A stretch of DNA of 63,648 bases, filler included, from Chthonomonadaceae bacterium (lineage in GTDB: Bacteria; Armatimonadota; Chthonomonadetes; Chthonomonadales; Chthonomonadaceae): assembly GCA_035650735.1 (NCBI GenBank). It is 4 parts of 4 records of this genome, joined end to end, with 100 filler letters (N's around TTAATTAATTAA, not from the genome) between each part and the next. Parts side by side here need not be neighbours in the genome. Positions count along the whole stretch, not along the records: positions 54,751 to 63,648 come from DASRGZ010000169.1; 3 more parts are not named here. One strand, given 5' to 3'. Position numbers and translations under genes: made by a program. Shown piece by piece: positions 61,701 to 63,648 of this stretch. Each line of letters begins with the position of its first letter. Position 1 is the stretch's first letter. The notes under the pieces are model-generated. The model was not told where the DNA came from. It made no database searches and saw only the letters and a program-made list of their open reading frames with translations.

Positions 61701-63648
61701 TCGGTGTTGATGCGGGTCGTGTCGCGCAGGTTGCGGATCATCTCATTGATGTTATCTTTGAGGGCGGCGACTTCTCCGGCGGCCTCGACGGCGATGCTGC
61801 GCGACAGGTCGCCCGTGGTAACAGCGGTGGCGACTTCCGCGATGGCGCGGATCTGAGTGGTCAGGGTGGCCGCCAGGCGGTTGACGTTGTCGGTCAGGTC
61901 GCGCCAGGTTCCCGCCGCGCCGGGCACGTTCGCCTGGCCGCCCAGCTTGCCTTCGTTGCCGACTTCGCGGGCCACGGTGGTGACCTGATCGGCGAAGGTG
62001 GCCAGGGTATCAATCATAGCGTTGATGGTGTCGGCTAGCTCGGCGATTTCTCCCTTGGCTTCGAGCACCAGTTTGCGCTTGAGGTTGCCGTTTGCGACCG
62101 CCGTAACGACTTCGGCGATGCCGCGCACCTGATTGGTCAGGTTGCTGGCCATGAAGTTAACGCTGTCGGTCAGGTCCTTCCAGGTGCCGGAGACGCCCTT
62201 GACCTCCGCTTGCCCGCCCAGTTTCCCCTCGGTTCCTACCTCTCTAGCCACGCGGGTGACTTCCGAGGCGAAGGCATTGAGCTGGTCTACCATCGTGTTG
62301 ATGGTGTTCTTGAGTTCTAAAATCTCCCCGCGTACATCAACCGTAATCTTCTTAGAGAGGTCGCCCGTAGCGACAGCGGTGGTCACGTCGGCAATATTGC
62401 GGACCTGATTGGTCAGGTTGTTGGCCATCGAGTTAACACTGTCGGTCAGATCCTTCCAGGTGCCGGAAACCCCCCGCACAACCGCCTGCCCACCCAGCTT
62501 GCCTTCCGTTCCTACCTCGCGAGCAACACGGGTAACCTCGGAGGCGAAGGCATTGAGCTGGTCTACCATCGTGTTGATGGTGCTCTTGAGTTCTAGAATT
62601 TCCCCACGGGCGTCTGCGGTAATCTTCTTGGACAGGTCGCCGTTAGCGACGGCAGTGGTAACTTCAGCGATGTTTCTCACCTGATTAGTCAGGTTGCTGG
62701 CCATGAAGTTGACATTATCGGTGAGGTCTTTCCAGGTGCCAGAAACACCTTTGACCTCTGCCTGACCGCCCAGCTTGCCTTCCGTGCCAACTTCTCTAGC
62801 CACGCGGGTGACTTCCGAGGCGAAGGCATTGAGCTGGTCTACCATCGTGTTGATGGTGTTCTTGAGTTCTAAAATCTCCCCGCGTACATCTACGGTAATC
62901 TTCTTGGACAGGTCGCCGTTAGCGACGGCGGTCGTGACTTCGGCAATATTGCGGACCTGATTGGTCAGGTTGCTGGCCATGAAGTTAACGCTGTCGGTCA
63001 GGTCCTTCCAGGTGCCCGAGACGCCCTTGACCTCCGCCTGCCCGCCTAGGTTTCCCTCGGTTCCCACCTCTCTAGCCACGCGGGTAACCTCGGAGGCGAA
63101 GGCATTAAGCTGGTCTACCATCGTGTTGATGGTGTTCTTCAACTCCAGGATCTCGCCCTGCACATCTACGGTGATCTTCTTGGACAGGTCGCCGTTAGCG
63201 ACGGCGGTCGTGACTTCGGCAATATTGCGGACCTGATTGGTCAGGTTGTTGGCCATCGAGTTAACGCTGTCGGTCAGGTCCTTCCAGGTGCCGGAGACGC
63301 CCTTGACCTCTGCCTGGCCACCCAGCTTGCCTTCGGTTCCCACTTCTCTAGCCACGCGGGTAACCTCGGAGGCGAAGGCATTGAGCTGGTCTACCATCGT
63401 GTTGATGGTGTTCTTGAGTTCTAAAATCTCCCCGCGTACATCTACGGTAATCTTCTTGGACAGGTCGCCGTTAGCGACGGCGGTGGTCACGTCGGCGATG
63501 TTTCTCACCTGGCCCGTAAGATTGTTGGCCATCGAGTTAACGCTGTCGGTCAGGTCCTTCCAGGTGCCGGAGACGCCCTTGACCTCTGCCTGGCCACCCA
63601 GCTTGCCTTCGGTTCCCACTTCTCTAGCCACGCGGGTAACCTCGGAGG
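58745..63648 (-). CDS. Poly-HAMP/GAF hybrid histidine kinase with three receiver domains (5'-partial)
   Basis: 92-aa HAMP repeats, [21 protein letters not shown], three REC domains. Confidence 0.95.
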   Translation of the reverse strand, partial: SEVTRVAREVGTEGKLGGQAEVKGVSGTWKDLTDSVNSMANNLTGQVRNIADVTTAVANGDLSKKITVDVRGEILELKNTINTMVDQLNAFASEVTRVAREVGTEGKLGGQAEVKGVSGTWKDLTDSVNSMANNLTNQVRNIAEVTTAVANGDLSKKITVDVQGEILELKNTINTMVDQLNAFASEVTRVAREVGTEGNLGGQAEVKGVSGTWKDLTDSVNFMASNLTNQVRNIAEVTTAVANGDLSKKITVDVRGEILELKNTINTMVDQLNAFASEVTRVAREVGTEGKLGGQAEVKGVSGTWKDLTDNVNFMASNLTNQVRNIAEVTTAVANGDLSKKITADARGEILELKSTINTMVDQLNAFASEVTRVAREVGTEGKLGGQAVVRGVSGTWKDLTDSVNSMANNLTNQVRNIADVTTAVATGDLSKKITVDVRGEILELKNTINTMVDQLNAFASEVTRVAREVGTEGKLGGQAEVKGVSGTWKDLTDSVNFMASNLTNQVRGIAEVVTAVANGNLKRKLVLEAKGEIAELADTINAMIDTLATFADQVTTVAREVGNEGKLGGQANVPGAAGTWRDLTDNVNRLAATLTTQIRAIAEVATAVTTGDLSRSIAVEAAGEVAALKDNINEMIRNLRDTTRINTEQDWLKTNVARFTRLLQGQRDLLTVARLILSELAPLVSEQAGVFYIKDSADGEAVMKLLASYGYQERKHLSNRFRPGEGLVGQCVLEKQRILLSEVPDDYIKVSSGLGEAAPRNIVVLPIVFEGDVLAVMELASFNKFSQIHLTFLDQLTESIGIVLNTLAATMRTEELLKQSQSLTQELQKQQEELQETNRRLEQQAKSLQASEELLRQQQEELQQTNEELEEKAQLLSEQNREVERKNRQIELARQELEEKAEQLALTSKYKSEFLANMSHELRTPLNSMLILSRMLSENGEGNLTPKQVDYATTIHSSGNDLLSLINEILDLAKIESGTMELHISDVPFTALSDHIDRNFREVAQDKGLNFSIELDPELPPTLRTDQQRLQQVLRNLLSNAIKFTEQGQVTLQMRTATEGWSRDQKLLNEADRVIAFCVSDTGIGIPPHRQRLVFEAFQQGDGTTSRKYGGTGLGLSISREIATLLGGEIKLVSAPGQGSTFTLYLPQEFVPAGTAPSAGLPTSAVVHVGPGGEGGETGTGGGGSAGGASLSANAAAGSGATTVTVTAAPRPQTAVLVTPAADPSLLAPGDVADDRSDIQAGDQVLLIVEDDPAFARILLDLARAKGFKGIVTARGEAVPILARQFPIHAITLDIRLPDVDGWAVLDRLKHDPRTRHIPIHIISGVEERQRGLRQGAIAYLNKPVTREAVEEALATIKSFVERKVKRLLVVEDDEVQRNSIVELIGNGDVKTIAVSTGEEALAALQAEPFDCMVLDLGLPDMTGFALIERIRKDLQLSNLPIIIYTAKSLTRKQETELRRVADTIIVKDVKSPERLLEETTLFLHRVQDNLPQTQRQMLDQVRLNDPVLSGKKALIIDDDIRNIFALTSLLEHHHMQVLYAENGRDGIEILENTPDVDIVLMDVMMPEMDGYETTREIRKQKRFKSLPIIALTAKAMKGDRETCIEAGASDYIAKPVDTEQLLSLLRVWLYQ
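62120..63648 (-). repeat. 276-bp coding tandem repeats (HAMP units)
   Basis: Near-identical units with period 276 bp. Confidence 0.95.

Overview
This is GC-rich bacterial DNA, most consistent with Armatimonadota (inference from DUF1559/H-X9-DG, DUF6785-like and TPR genes and the repeat families). It is built from four contigs joined by artificial N-TTAATTAATTAA-N spacers (14187-14286, 36398-36497, 54651-54750). Most genes are housekeeping or metabolic: CIRCE-groES-groEL, hslU, nadE, PII plus metal transporters, a MarR/MacAB-type efflux operon, oxidoreductases, and a poly-HAMP kinase-cheR-cheB-RR/HK operon. The unusual content is non-coding. (1) Three unrelated loci (17259, 43399, 46381) each show a ~30-bp duplication of local DNA around an unrelated 37-38-bp insert, with period 67/67/68 and a shared C-N10-A-N2-CTAT motif. 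This resembles ectopic CRISPR-like spacer integration. (2) A solitary 37-bp type I-C-like CRISPR repeat is followed by 35 nt and a terminator. (3) A 504-bp protein-free IS200/IS605 element carries an ISDra2-like TnpB omegaRNA, extra structured RNA and a nested MITE, and is inserted silently at a stop codon. (4) A ~207-nt structured RNA starts at a strong promoter's predicted +1. Two MITE types, several REP-like families, IS1/IS630 elements and decayed xisH/xisI and PIN modules are also present. No database searches were run; family calls rest on recognised motifs.
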